A stretch of DNA of 64,000 bases from assembly GCA_038087875.1 (NCBI GenBank), contig CM075997.1, positions 1,552,001-1,616,000 of the forward strand, read 5' to 3'. The translations under genes were made by a program, and so were the position numbers. This stretch comes from Malacoraja senta (Eukaryota). Shown one piece after another: positions 12,590 to 24,935 of the stretch. A model generated the notes under the pieces. That model made no database searches, was not told where the DNA came from, and worked only from the letters and a program-made list of their open reading frames with translations. Position 1 is the stretch's first letter. Every line of letters begins with the position of its first letter.

Positions 12590-13020
12590 AGTAGGCCCCC
12601 CTCGGTCATGACTGACCATGGGCAATGCATCCTGGTCGGATGCAAGCCTGGGCGATGTCATATGGAGGACAGGCTGTTGCCCATGCAGCACGTCCCCCCT
12701 CTCCACGTCGCTGGTCGATCCAAAGGAACAGCAGGGCCGTTACAGTTTGGCACCAGCGCCGTCGCAGGAGCTGCCAGAGCGAGGTTGTAGACGACAACGA
12801 ACTACCTTAGGGGCTCCGACTCCGGATTTTCTTGAGGTTTACTCCTGGAGCCTTTTCCATGACTGGATATGGCCACAAGGCAGTGGAGCTTTTAAATCAG
12901 AGTTTTCCCTCTCATAATTGACTGTCTTCCCAGGCTGCCGAGCCCAATCTGCCCGAGACTCGTGGGGGCGGGAGCGTCTACCTTCCCGTGCAGGTCTATA
13001 GCACCTGCCCACTGCCCAGT
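12590..13020 (-). mobile_element. RTE-derived non-autonomous retroelement (5'UTR joined to 3' tail, no ORF)
   Basis: The minus strand has the RTE 5'UTR-like motif gggctcggcagcctgggaagacagtc...gagagggaaaactc and ends in the RTE-like tail cccatggtcagtcatgaccgagggggcct. GC/CpG-rich. Confidence 0.55.
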
Positions 13021-13249
13021 TTGGGTAAAGGCAGGAAAATCGAGTGGCAGAGAACACAAATCAAACGTACCCCCACCTGCCCACCTCGATTTGAACATGA
13101 TAATCCTCCAGATTCTTCCTTGTGTGCTCTTCTCGATAAACTGTCTTGGGTGCTTTACCAGAGGTGGTTATGATAATCACTTGGGTGTCAGTGGGATATA
13201 TTTCACGATTGCGGGGATTCCAAGTGAGGCTGATCATGATATTTATGTA

Positions 13250-13720
13250 TAAGCAGGAACTGCAGACGCTGGTTTACACCAAGATAGATACAAAGTGCTG
13301 GTGTAACTCAGGGGAATCAGGCAGCATCTCTGGAGAAATGGAATAGGTGACATTTCAGGTTGAGGGTCACAGTTTAAGGATAAAGGGGAAATCTTTTAGG
13401 ACTGAGATGAGAAAACATTTTTTACACAGAGAGTGGTGAATCTCTGGAATTCTCTGCCACAGAATGTAGTTGAGGCCAGTTCATTGGCAATATTTAAGAG
13501 GGAGTTAGATGTGGCCCTTGTGGCTAAAGGGATCAGGGGGTATGGAGAGAAGGCAGGTACGGGATACTGAGTTGGATGATCAGCCATGATCATATTGAAT
13601 GGCTCGAAAGGCCGAATGGCCTACTCCTGCACCTATTTTCTATGTTTCTTCATTCTATTCCTTTTCTCCAGAGATGTTACCTGACCCGCTGAGTGTCTCC
13701 AGCATTTTGTGTGTATGTAA
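13250..13720. mobile_element. Penelope fold-back element with a CR1 3' end (13364-13648) at its centre
   Basis: Left arm 13255-13362, right arm 13652-13712, and a flanking near-duplication gatatttatgta (13238-13249) / gatttttatgta (13721-13732). Confidence 0.75.
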
Positions 13721-13914
13721 GATTTTTATGTACACATTTTTCAACATAGGCACCAGAATCTAAACAAAAGTTTGTTCAATTTATCATCATCTTAGTCAAA
13801 TTATATTGGTGACACATGCATGTCTGTATATAAATGTTCATGTGTCTGATAATGTAAGGGATATAATGTAATGGATAACACCAATTTTATATTTGCAGAT
13901 GGAGAATTACATAC

Positions 13915-14220
13915 TGTTTTAGTTTTAGAGATACAGCGCGGAAACAGGCCCTTCGGCCCACCGAGTCCGCTCCAACCAGTGATCTCGAAACACTATCCAA
14001 CACACACTGGGGACAATTTACACTTATACCAAGCCAATTAACCTACAAACCTGTGCATCTTTGGAGCTGGGGGGAAACCGAAGATCGCAGAGAAAATCCA
14101 ATGGTCACGGGGAGAAAGTACAAACTCCGTACAGACAGCACTCGTGGTCGGGATCAAACCCGGGTCTCTGGTGCAGCAAGCGCTGTAAGGCAGCAACTCT
14201 ACCGCTGCGCCACCGTGCCA
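13915..14220 (-). mobile_element. HE1-like SINE, full length
   Basis: Head tggcacggtggcgcagcggtagagttgctgcc and tail ccgcgctgtatctctaaaactaaaac. Confidence 0.9.
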
Positions 14221-14252
14221 TTGGAATCTCAGAACTGCAGTCGGTATTGTAC

Positions 14253-14402
14253 CTCCACAAAGTTGGTATGTTTAGCATCACGGACAGTCACGACAGCGTG
14301 AACCTCCTCGATGAGCTTCTGCTTTTCATCGTCATCGAACTGCATGTACCACTTAGCCAAACGGGTTTTGCCAGCACGGTTCTGAATAAGGATGAAACGG
14401 AT
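14253..14402 (-). CDS. AP2S1: AP-2 complex subunit sigma, coding exon 2 (150 bp)
   Basis: Translates [50 protein letters not shown], matching sigma-2 residues 2-51 as recalled. Acceptor ttttcag|ATC with a polypyrimidine tract, donor GAG|gtacaa. Confidence 0.97.
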
Positions 14403-14649
14403 CTGAAAAGAGAAAAGGAAATAAATGAAGAGGCTGCAGTGTTTTTCTGTTTTATTTATGTGTCCCAAAAGAATATTTTGTTGCAATCTCCCTTAATCAA
14501 TAACACCAAAATGAATTCACTGATTAATATCTTGCCTTTTACAGCTACGATTTTTGCATCGTGCAAATTAGCAGCCAGCAGAGGAAATGTTTCAAAAAGT
14601 TATGAATAGTTTGTGAATTACTTTAGATTTAGGACTTTAAACCGCGCAC

Positions 14650-15020
14650 GTGTCTGAGGGGTGATGTTATAGAGGTGTATAAAATCATGTGGGGAATAGA
14701 GAGGGGGAATGCACAGTCTTTTACCCAGGGTAGGGGAATTAAAAACAAGAGGACATATGTTTAAGGTGAGAGGGGCAAGATTTAATAGGATCTTGAAAGG
14801 CAACTTTTGCTCTTAGGTGGGTGTATGGAACAAGCTGCCAGAGGAGGTAGTTGAGGCAGGACTGACTATTCCAATGTTTAAGAAACATTTAGACAGGTAC
14901 ATGGATAGGACAGGTTTAGAGGGATTTGGGCCAAATGCAGGCAGGTGGGACTAGTATTGATGGGACATGTTGGCCGGTGTGATCAAGTTGGGCCGAAGGG
15001 CCTGTTCCCACGCTGTAAGA
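14650..15020 (+). mobile_element. CR1 LINE 3' end
   Basis: LRGDVIEVYKIMWGI-like start and gggccgaagggcctgttcccacgctgta tail. Confidence 0.85.
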
Positions 15021-15339
15021 CCTTAGGGGACATTTTGGGTCGGGGCACTTCTTCAGACAGAAGGTTGTACAGTTGTACAGTGTTCCTCCAAGAGATCTAA
15101 ATGACAATATCTTCAAGTATCAATTTGGACAGCAAACATTTCCATCACAAACAAGCCTATTCTTGCTTTTTGCTGAGTTCCTCCACCAATTTGTTTTTTC
15201 AGCATCTAGTCTCTTTTGTCTCCACTCCTGTTCCCTCCCCACCCCCCTCCCCCCAATATCCACACATGTGCACTTTCCAATAGGAGTCACTGGATGGTGA
15301 TCAGAACCTATAATCTGGAATGACCTTTCTTCTTGGTAA

Positions 15340-15669
15340 AAGCCCTGTCCCATGGTACGAGTTCATTCCAAGAGCTCTCCCGAGTTTGCCCTGATTCGAA
15401 CTCGGAGATTTACGGTAATGGCCACTCGTCGGTACTCGGGGCTCTCGTGGACATTTTTCAACATGTTGAAAAATCTTCACAAGTCTTCCCGTGCTTACCT
15501 GCCGTTAGCGAGTCTTCCCGAGTACCTGCCGTTCGCGTTACGAGCCGGCAAGAGACGTCCCCGAGCTCCGACGTACCCGCTACGTTCATTCTCCGTGCTT
15601 ACCACGAGTTTGATTTTTTTTAAACTCGGGAGAGCTCTTGGAATGAACTCGCACCGTGGGACAGGGCTT
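15340..15669. mobile_element. PIF/Harbinger-type MITE (330 bp)
   Basis: TIR of about 48 bp, AAGCCCTGTCCCATGGTACGAGTTCATTCCAAGAGCTCTCCCGAGTTT, with its inverse at the right end. TAA TSD at 15337-15339 and 15670-15672. Confidence 0.85.
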
Positions 15670-16739
15670 TAAGACCACAATGATCTCAGCTAACTTGATG
15701 GACCGTTGCAGTGACTGCTACATTCCGTGGTTACCTTTGGATGCTTTCTTTAGAACCCTTTCTAAGACGGTGGGGTGCACCCTACCTTTGACATGTTGCT
15801 ATGAAAAGGTCTGTGGTTTCCTGATGGAAGTGGGGGAGGACATCTGACTCAGTGATTACAGGCTTATAAAAGGTACACCCAACCTTCTTTTCCTCAAGCA
15901 ATAGAAGATTTTATTTTAATTACCCCGTACAATTAAATAACAGTTTATTGACCAAAATAAAACTTTTACGTATTAAAAACATTCCAAAAATATCACAGCC
16001 ACCTATATTCTCCCCTTCACTCAAATGCACCTTGGCACCTACCCAAGTGTACTGCTGCTAAAAAAAAGGTTCCTTTGCCAAGCTATTTGTGTCATTACTC
16101 TTAAATGCACTCCGCCATTATAAGTGTGGGAATAACAAGTTGAGCTGGAACGTGGGTATCTGGAAACCATTTTGAGACAGAGGGTCGACAGCAGGGAATG
16201 AATTCAAAGCTTTAACCATATGGAGGCGCATGTGGTTTGGAAGGGTCTCGACCCGAAACATCACCCATTCCTTCTCTCCAGAGATGAGATGCTGCCTGAC
16301 CCGCTGAGTTGCTCCAGCTTTTTGTGTCTATCTTCGGTTTCAACCAGCATTTGCAGTTTCTTCGTACACAGATCTCAACCACCTGCCTATTTTTGCCCCA
16401 TGTCTCTCTAAATTTCTCCTATTCATGTACCCGTCCTTTTAAAAGTTCTCATAATGCCTACCTCAGCTACCTCCTCTGGCAGCTTATTCCATATACCCTC
16501 TGAGTGAAAAAGTTGCCCCTCAGGTTCTTATTAAATCTTTCCTATTAAATCAGGCCGACGAAGAGTCCTGAACTGAAACGTCACCTATCCATGTTCTCCA
16601 GAGATGCTGCCTGATCTGATGCATTACTCCAGCACTTTGTGCCTTTTTTCTTTGTAAACCAGCACTTGCAGTTCCTTGTATCCTAATATTTCTACTAGTC
16701 TTTTAAATGCCATCCTGATATGGTGGAACTCTAATTTAA

Positions 16740-17180
16740 AGAAACGCTGGAAATACTTCACAGGTTAGGCAGCATCTGCAGAGGGAGAGAGAATTTAGAG
16801 TTCATGTCTCAGGTTGATAACTTGGAAAAGATAGAAATAGAACACATTTTCCATACCAGAGAAATGGGGGAGAACAAGGAGAAGATTTTGAGGTGAGAAT
16901 AAATGACACAGGTGGTGGTAATGATATGGCAGGAGAAGTGGGAGAAAGAGGAGCCAATTAAAGCTGAATTACAGGAAGTGGCGAGAAAAATAAATCTGCA
17001 GAAAAAGATCGGAACATTATAATGTTCGCATCCTGTTACTTTTTGGCACTTCCTGCCACAATATCCCACCAAATGACAAAGTTTGGATGAAAGATCATCC
17101 ATCCAAAACATGAACTCGGTTTCTCTCATCATGGAAGCTGCTTGACTTGCTGAGTAATTACAGCATTTTCCATTCTTATC
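16740..17180. mobile_element. Older Penelope-type inverted-end element
   Basis: Arms aacgctggaaatact...gcagcatctg and gctgcttgacttgctgagtaattacagcattt, with a decayed core tggatgaaagatcatccatccaaaac. Confidence 0.55.
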
Positions 17181-17214
17181 CCACCATGAGATTCTCTGGG
17201 GTTAACTGGAAATA

Positions 17215-17508
17215 GGGTGGTAGATCTACTGCCTCACAGCACCAGGGGCCCGGGTTCGATCCTGACTACGGGTGCTGTCTGTATGGAGTTTGTACGTTCT
17301 CCCCGTGACCTGCGTGGGTTTTCTCCGAGATCTTCAGTTTCCTCCCACACTCCAGAGACGTACAGGTTTGTAGGTTAATTGGCTTGGTATAAAATGTAAA
17401 ATTGTCCCTAGTGTGTGCAGGGTAGTGTTAATGTGTGGGGATCACTGGTCGGTGCGGACTCTGTGGGCCGAAGGGCCTGTATCCGCTCTGTAACTCTAAA
17501 CTAAACAA
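17215..17508 (+). mobile_element. HE1-like SINE
   Basis: B-box-like gggttcgatcct, V-domain ggagtttgtacgttctccccgtgacc and tail ctctaaactaaac. Confidence 0.9.
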
Positions 17509-18039
17509 AAATGTGGCCAACTCTTCCTCTCTTTGGTTCAGGAGAGAAAATGATAACCTCTACTTCCATTGTTACAAGTATTTACATTTTGAATGACTTG
17601 TATTCTATAGATTATCCTTTGAGAAACATTTGCAAATTTCGTGCCATTAATAACAAGTTAGGGAGGAAAGATTTCAACATTTAAACTCCATTCAATGTAC
17701 TAAGGTTGAATTGCACCCAAACAAACTTTGTGGGAGTCCAGATTAATGTAACGGATACAGATAATACATGTCTGAACACTATCATTACTTATTTTCTCAA
17801 ATGGAATTAGATTTCTCTTTATTTAAGATGTCACTTTGTTTGAGCTCAACTGCACCTAATTTGCATATCTGTAATTAGAATAATTATATAAATGACTGGG
17901 TGGTTTAGTCACAATGCAAGAAAAGTTCAATTCAGATAAAAAGAATACTTTCTTTCATCAGCGATAATATCAAATGTATAATAGCAGTCTTAGCTAGAAG
18001 CATCATTTAACAGTGTTCCATTCCAGCTTGTACACCAAG

Positions 18040-18818
18040 AGTCTTACAGCACGGGAACAGGCCCTTCAGCCCAACTTGCCCACACCGACCAACGTGTCCC
18101 AGCTCCACTAGTCACACCTGCCTGCGTTTGACCCATAGCCCTCCAAACCGGTCCTATCCATGTACCTGTCTAAATGTTTCTGAAACATTGCAAAAGTCCC
18201 AGCCTCAACTATCTCCTCCAGCAGCTCGTTCCATGCACCCACCGCCCTATGTGTGAAAAAATTACACCTTAAATTCCTATTAAATCCTTTCCCCTTTACC
18301 TTGAACCTATGAATCTGGTCCTTGATTCACCTACTCTGGGTAAGAGACTGTGCATCGACCCGATCTATTCCTCTCAAGATTTTAAACACCTGTATAAGAT
18401 CACCCCTCATCCTCCTGCGCTCCAAGGAATAGAGACCCAGCCTTCCCAACCTCTCCCTATAGCTCACACCCTCTAGTCCTGGCAACATCCTTGTAAATCT
18501 TTGCTGAACCCTTTCAAGCTTGACAATATCCTATAACATGGTGCCCAGAACTGAACACAATATTCTAAATGCGGTCTCACCAACGTCTTATACAACTGCT
18601 CAATGACTTCGCAACTTCTATACTCAATACTCTGACTGAAGGTCATTGTGCCAAAAGCCTTTTTGACCACCTCATCTACCTACGACTCGACCTTCAAGGA
18701 ACCATGCACCTGCACTCCTAGATCCCTCTGCTGTGCAACACTCCCCAGAGGCCTACCATTCACTGTGTAGGTCCTGCCTTTGTTAGACGTCCCAAAATTC
18801 AACACTGCACACTTCCCT
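18040..18818 (-). mobile_element. CR1 LINE 3' portion
   Basis: Peptides VKKAFG...LYKTLVRPHLEYCVQFWAP and KGRTYTVNGRPLGSVAQQRDLGVQVHGSLKVES. Confidence 0.9.
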
Positions 18819-19077
18819 GGTGTAAGATAGAAGTAGTGTAGGGGTGTTCGTTGGTCGGCACAGGCGTGTTGGGCCGAAGGGCCAGTTTCCACTCTATCTC
18901 TAAAATAACCCAAACTATTTATTTCAGATGTCAACTGTTCACATTATTGCAAAATATTGCAAACTTGGCAAATCATGAATCCTTTATTTGGATCTCGTGT
19001 AACTCAACGCCGATGGCATCCAATAAAGCATAATTGGGTTATTGCCATCAATTAATATACTTTATTATCGTGAATTT

Positions 19078-19366
19078 ATTTAGAGATTCCGCGCGCAAAC
19101 AGGCCCTTCGGCGCGCCAAGTCCGCAACGACCAGTGATCCCCGCACACTTACACTATCCTACACACACTGGGGACAATTTTACATTCATACCAAGTCAAT
19201 TAACCTACAAATCTGTACGCCTTTGGAGTGTGGAAGGAAACCAAAGATCTCGGAGAAAACCCACACAGGTCACAGGGAGAAGGTACAAACTCCGTATAGA
19301 CAGCACCCATAGTCAGGATCATACCCGGGTCTGTGGCGCTGGAAGGCAATAGCTCTACCTCTGCGC
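19078..19366 (-). mobile_element. HE1-like SINE
   Basis: Same family as 13915-14220, in the same orientation. Confidence 0.85.
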
Positions 19367-19983
19367 AAATGTAAATTCAACTCCGATTGAGATGGATTTT
19401 AATGTTATTTTGCAAAAATGGCCGCATATTTAAATTAAAACTGATTCTATTTTTGTTGATAAAGAAAGCATTTCTAAGTCTTCTCTCCATGCAGGAGGCC
19501 CCATGAAATGTTGGCATTGGTCAGGAAGTCCTGTCTGCTTACTCAGGGACACAGGACACAATACTGATTGAGTCTCTAATGAGGCTGGTGCTTGGTAATG
19601 CTGGGTTGGAAAATTGTTTCAAGTTAGGAAATCCTCAGGAAAAAGCAACAATATCCTAAAACAACCCTGGTACAGATCAGACCATTTATGATACTGAAAT
19701 TATTTTCTTTAAAAAATATTCTGACACCTATAATTGCCAAAATAAAATATTATTCTTAAAGTAGAATGGTGAATTTAACACCATTTAACACTTAGAATTT
19801 GGGGTTCATAACATATCTGCCCAGATCTTCCTTGCACCATTACTGACCTAAGTTGGAGACCTTCACAACATCCTCTTTGCGATGCAGACCCCTACTAAAT
19901 TAATAGTATATACAGGACTGCATCAACTGAGACAATGAGCTGGCAACTGTGGAGGAATGATCTTTAGAGGAAATTAGGTCAAT

Positions 19984-20316
19984 ATTTGGAGACACAGGAA
20001 ACTGCAGATGCTGGAATCCTGAATAAAACACAAAGTGCTGGAGGAGCTCAGCGACTCAGGCAGCCTGATCCCTCCATTGATGATGCCTCAGAGGGCGGTG
20101 GAGGCAGGTTCTCTGGATGCTTTCAAGAGAGAGCTAGATAGAGCTCTTAAAAATAGCGGAGTCAGGGGATATGGGGAGAAGGCAGGAACGGGGTACTGAT
20201 TGGGGATGAGCAGCCATGAACACATTGAATGGCAGTGCTGGCTCGAAGGGCCGAATGGCCTACTCCTGCACCTATTGTCATGCCTGATCTGCTGAATTCC
20301 TTCTGCTCTTTGTTTT
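19984..20316. mobile_element. Penelope fold-back element with an inserted CR1 3' end (about 20085-20279)
   Basis: TSD ttaggtcaat at 19974-19983 and 20317-20326. The CR1 piece is nearly identical to the one at 838-1290. Confidence 0.75.
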
Positions 20317-20817
20317 TTAGGTCAATTCCTATCTAGCCTAATGTTCAATGGCGAGATATGCTTTGTAGAATTGCTTTATGAAATTGATCAAATTTAGATT
20401 GTCATTGTGGACTAGACATCCATTGCAAAAATTAAAATGTAATCATAGTAAATTTCAAATGAGGTTGAAGTAGATCAAGTACAACAAACTGATTTGAAAT
20501 GATTCCATCTGCAACAATTAAAACCTATCAACACTACATTAAAACACACCTAATGTTATTATAGAAAATAACATTGTTCTGTTAGACAGCTTTAGCTAAC
20601 AATTTACTATACACAAGGATGAAAACAGTTTGATACATTAAGGAATAGCAAGTTGAGTGTGCGATGAAGGAGTCGGAATAGAGTTGGATGCAAGTTAGGG
20701 GAATAAAAGAGATTAAAACAAGTAGGGTGCAGTGACACAATAATGGATCTTTCTGTTTTTTGGCACTGATATTATGTAAGATAATCCAAGATAATCCATA
20801 ATCATATGTATCATACG

Positions 20818-21150
20818 TATCAGCTTCGGCAGCTTCGACCGCCCTGGGCCGCGGAGTTTGAACCGGCCCGTCGGGATTCAGCCGCAGGACTTACTTACCA
20901 TCACCCGGCGGGGTCACAACATCGGAGGCTTGGATCGCCTCAGCGCAGAGGGAGAGCAAGGAGGGAAGAGACATGGACTTTGGGACTTTTTGCCTTCCAT
21001 CACAGTGAGGAGGTGCCTGGTGGACTCACTGTGGTGGATGTTAAACTGTGTTGAGTGTGTGTTTTTGTTATTTATTCTATGTTATGACTGCAGGCTAAAC
21101 CATTTTGTTGCACTGAAAAGTGCAATGACAATAAATTGAATCAAATCAAA
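20818..21150 (+). mobile_element. GC-rich SINE-like element with Rex1/L2-type 3' stem-loop tail
   Basis: Tail ttgttgcactgaaaagtgcaatgacaataaattgaatc. The tgccttcc-tcacagtg motif is shared with 30880-31080, 47915-48676 and 48700-48870. Confidence 0.6.
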
Positions 21151-21179
21151 AAATGAATGGGACTACAAATAACTAAAAC

Positions 21180-22045
21180 ACAACAGTACTGCACAGGACA
21201 GGCCTTTCAGCTCACAATGTCTGTGCTGGAAATGATGCCAAATTAAATTAATTCTTCTCCCTGAATGTGATCCATATTCCCCAGTTCTCTGCATAACCAT
21301 GGGTCTAACTAAAACTATGTTAAATGTCACCATCGTATCTGTCTCCACCACCACCCACCCCGGCAGGCACACACCATTCTTGTTATAAGATTTGCTCTGC
21401 ACATCTCCTTTAACTTTCTTCCTCTGACCACACAGCCACGCCCTCTAGTATTTGATATTTCCAAACTGGGAAAAAGGTTCTGAATGTCCACCCTATCTAT
21501 GCCTCTTATAACTTTATAAACTTCTAGCAGGTCTCCCCTCAGGCTCTGACGCTCCAAAGAAATCGCTATAAAAGGGCGGTGGAGGCCGGTTCTCTGGATA
21601 CTTTCAAGAGAGAACTAGATAGGGCTCTTAAAGATAGCGGAGTCAGGGGATGTGGGGAGGAGGCAGGAACGGGGTACTGATTGGGGATGATCACATTGAA
21701 TGGCGGTGCTGGCTCAATGGGCCAAATGGCCTACTCATGCACCTATTGTCTATAAAACAATGCATGTTCGTCTAACCTCTCCTTATAGCTAACATCCTCT
21801 AATCCTGGCAGCATCCTGCTAAACTTCTTCTGCACCCTCTGCAAAGCCTCTATATCCTTCCTGTAATGTGGCAACCAGAACTGCACACAATACTTCAACC
21901 GAGGCCCAAAAATGTTTTAATAAGGCCGCAACATGACTTCCTGAACCTTTATGCCCTGAACGATGTGTAAGAATACCATGTGCCTTCTGCAAAAATCTAT
22001 CTGCTTGTGTTGCCACTTCGAAGTAGCAATGGACTTGGACCCCAA
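21180..22045. mobile_element. Minus-strand CR1 fragment with a younger plus-strand CR1 tail inserted (about 21575-21752)
   Basis: Minus-strand peptide LRGDLLEVYKVIRGIDRVD, and a plus-strand 3'UTR ending cctattgtcta. Confidence 0.75.
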
Positions 22046-22734
22046 GATAATAATAAGAAGGAAACTGTTCTGCCCTTCATGCGCTGCCTCGTTGAAGACC
22101 AATCTAATTGGTCCCATGGTACTGCTTCGATCTCTATACCTTTGAAAAGGTTGCATTTTCAACTGAATATACAACTCCGTGGAGAAAGTGACAATTCAAT
22201 TTTCTGATTTTAATTCACTATGAAAAATAGTGGAATATACATTTTTCTGGAAGGGTCAGCAGTTCTTGCTACTATCTAATCACCCTTGAGAGGGTGGTGG
22301 AGGCGAACTGCCTTTTTTAACTACTGCAACCCTTATGCTCCACAGCGGTCCGACAGTGGTCCCACCCTGCAGTTGGGTCGCGAGTTCCAGGAACTTGACT
22401 GGGCAATAATGAAAGAACAGCAACATTTCAAAGTAAAGCTGGTGTATGACACAGAAACATCCGTGCTCCCATCTGCCACTGCATTGTCCTGGACATTATG
22501 AATCTTGTGAGGGAGGTGCTGTTAAAGAAATGAGCTAAGAGCCCACATTGCATCTTGTACACGTCGCATAATGTGGCTGTGGTGCTCTGGTGGACATGGA
22601 TGAACATTTAGGACAAGCATGGATGTTTATCAAGCAAATGGACAAATGATGCCCGGTTTCTTGAATGTAGTTGGGAATATTCAATTCCAGGTAATTGAAC
22701 AGTATCCATCCCATTGCTGACTTATGCTTGGTAC

Positions 22735-23230
22735 GTGATTTTCCGGCACCCTTGGTTCCAAAGCCTCGCCGGATTATCCGTTTTGCCAGACCAACAGAGG
22801 TTACGCCTCCAAGAGGAGTCTTTTTTGTTAGTTTTAAAAGTATGTGTTAATGTTCTCTGGTTTGTTTTATGTGGGGGGTGGAGGAGAGGGTCGGGGAAAA
22901 CTTTTCTCGATCTCTTACCTTGCTGTAGATGCGATTGTTTTCCGGATCGTATCTCCGGTCGCTTTGCGGCCTAACATCATGGAGCTGGCGGCCTTGCTCC
23001 AGACGGACTTTGAGCCCCACCGCGGGACCGTGGACTTACCATCGGAGCCTGCGATCCCTTGCCTGTGATCGACGCTCCAACTGCAGCCTGCGGATTTCAA
23101 CATTGAGGAGCTCGCAGTCTCGGGTAGAGACTGATGTCGGGAAGCTCCAAAGTCGCAGAAGGTTCGACTAGCCCCGACACAGGGTCTGAGATCCCCCCCC
23201 CCCCGATGTGGAAGCTTGATTTCTCCCTTG
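22735..23230 (+). mobile_element. 5' part of a GC-rich non-autonomous retroelement (related to 47915-48676)
   Basis: Shares ttttatgtggggggtggagg...ggggaaaac...tacct...agatgcg with the reverse complement of 48500-48610. Confidence 0.55.
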
Positions 23231-23519
23231 ATCATACCTGTATAGTATGCAGGGGGCAATACTCATACTATCTGTAATGACTAGCAGTCAACCTTTCCAA
23301 CATATTGTTGAAGATGGGAAATCTGGCAAATCCCCAGACTCTTGATTTAAGATAAACCTGTGTTTTTTCCCCTCATGGATGGTAGAGAGGCACATATTTC
23401 ATCGTCCATCAGAGCTACAAACATATTTCCAGATGAAGCAGAGGGAGATGCACGTTGCCTTATAGCTGCATTAATTTGTAGCTCAAGATTGAAAAGAACA
23501 CATTCTTAACGCAGGCTTG

Positions 23520-23830
23520 TATAGAGTGGATGTGGAGAGGATGTTTCCACTAGTGGGAGTGTCTAGGACTAGAGATCTTAGCCTCAGAATTAAAAGACAT
23601 TCCTTTAAGAAGGAGATGAGGAGGAATTTCTTTAGTCAGAGGGTGGTGAATCTGTGGATGTTTTTAAGGCAGAGATAGACAGATTCTTGATTGGTACGGG
23701 TGTCAAGGGTTATGGGGAGAAGGCAGGAGAATGGGGTTAGGAGGGAGAGATAGATCAGCCATGATTGAATGGCGGAGTAGACTTGATGGGCCGAATGGGC
23801 TAATTCTGCTCCTATCACTTATGACTTTAC
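23520..23830 (+). mobile_element. CR1 3' end
   Basis: gagtggatgtggagaggatgtttccactagtggg...gggccgaatgggctaattctgctcctatcacttatgac. Confidence 0.85.
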
Positions 23831-24437
23831 GACCTCAACAGTTTCAGATTTTAAAGAAAAGGAACAAATCACAATGTTGCTCCAGAGAAATAGCTCCACA
23901 TCTAAACAATATCACGCAAGCATCCAACTTATTCAGTAGATTGTCCATCTAAAGTAACACAAGTGAAAATGGTACCAGCGATTGCTTTGCAAGGGTGGTT
24001 AACTAGTAAGATGCTGTGGTTAAATGGGGCATGATCGTTCTTACATTGACTGGTGTAAGATTTGCGCTAAAATGTTACAACTTGCTAAGTTCCTGTTGTG
24101 TCTACTCTATGGTTGGTTAAGAAATACAGCCTAGTATAGCATCATATTTTGTCTACAGTCTTTGCTGAGTTAGCTTATTTTGGGTGTTTTGGCAAAACCA
24201 GTATTAAATTTAGCTTCTGCAGTCTGGAGAGGGATGGGGAGTTCTTATGCGGAGAGCCCTCATGCAAGTGGACATCCTAAATAGCTCAAAGGAAAGGATA
24301 GACTGAGCTAAGAATTATTCCTCCATAAGTCATGGCCAAAATCACTCGCTGACAAAGACTCAGAGGAATAGCTTCTTGAACATGATACAATGTGAATACA
24401 AACTTGTGGAATCAAACCATTCAGCACCAAGGGCAGG

Positions 24438-24735
24438 TTTTAGTTTTAGAGATGCAGCATAGAAACAGGGCCTTCGGCCAACCGAGTCCAAGTCGACCAG
24501 TGATCCCTGTGCACTAGTTCTATCCTACAGATTAGAGACAATTTTACAGAAGCCAATAAACCTACAAACTTGCACATCTTTGGAATGTATGAGGAAACTG
24601 TAGTGCCTGGAGAAAACCCACGTGGTCACAAGGAGAAAGTACAAACTACCTACAGATAAGCACTTGCAGTTCAGATCTGCCCTGTGTCTCTGGCGCTGTA
24701 AGGCAGCAACTCTACCGCTGCGTTACTGTGCTGTC
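24438..24735 (-). mobile_element. HE1-like SINE
   Basis: Reverse-complement head and tail as in the other copies. Confidence 0.8.
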
Positions 24736-24767
24736 CGTGTCTGGAAGTATGGTCAGCACATTGGCAC

Positions 24768-24935
24768 AGAAGGAATGGGTGACGTTTCAAGTTGAGACCC
24801 TTCTTCAGACTAGTCTATAATCTAAGGGGTTTGAAGACTAGTCTGAAGATGGGTCTTGATCCGAAACATCACCCATTCATTCTCTCCAGATATACTGCCT
24901 GTCCCACTGAGTTACTCCAGCTTTTTGTGCCTATA
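24768..24935. mobile_element. Penelope fold-back element with degenerate hammerhead cores on both strands
   Basis: gaatgggtgacgtttc...cttcagactagtc, a 20-nt spacer, then gactagtctgaagatgggtc...gaaacatcacccattc. Confidence 0.8.

Noticed and set aside
14061..14609. 182-aa plus-strand ORF
   Set aside because: Antisense shadow of AP2S1 exon 2 fused to a SINE and intron sequence.
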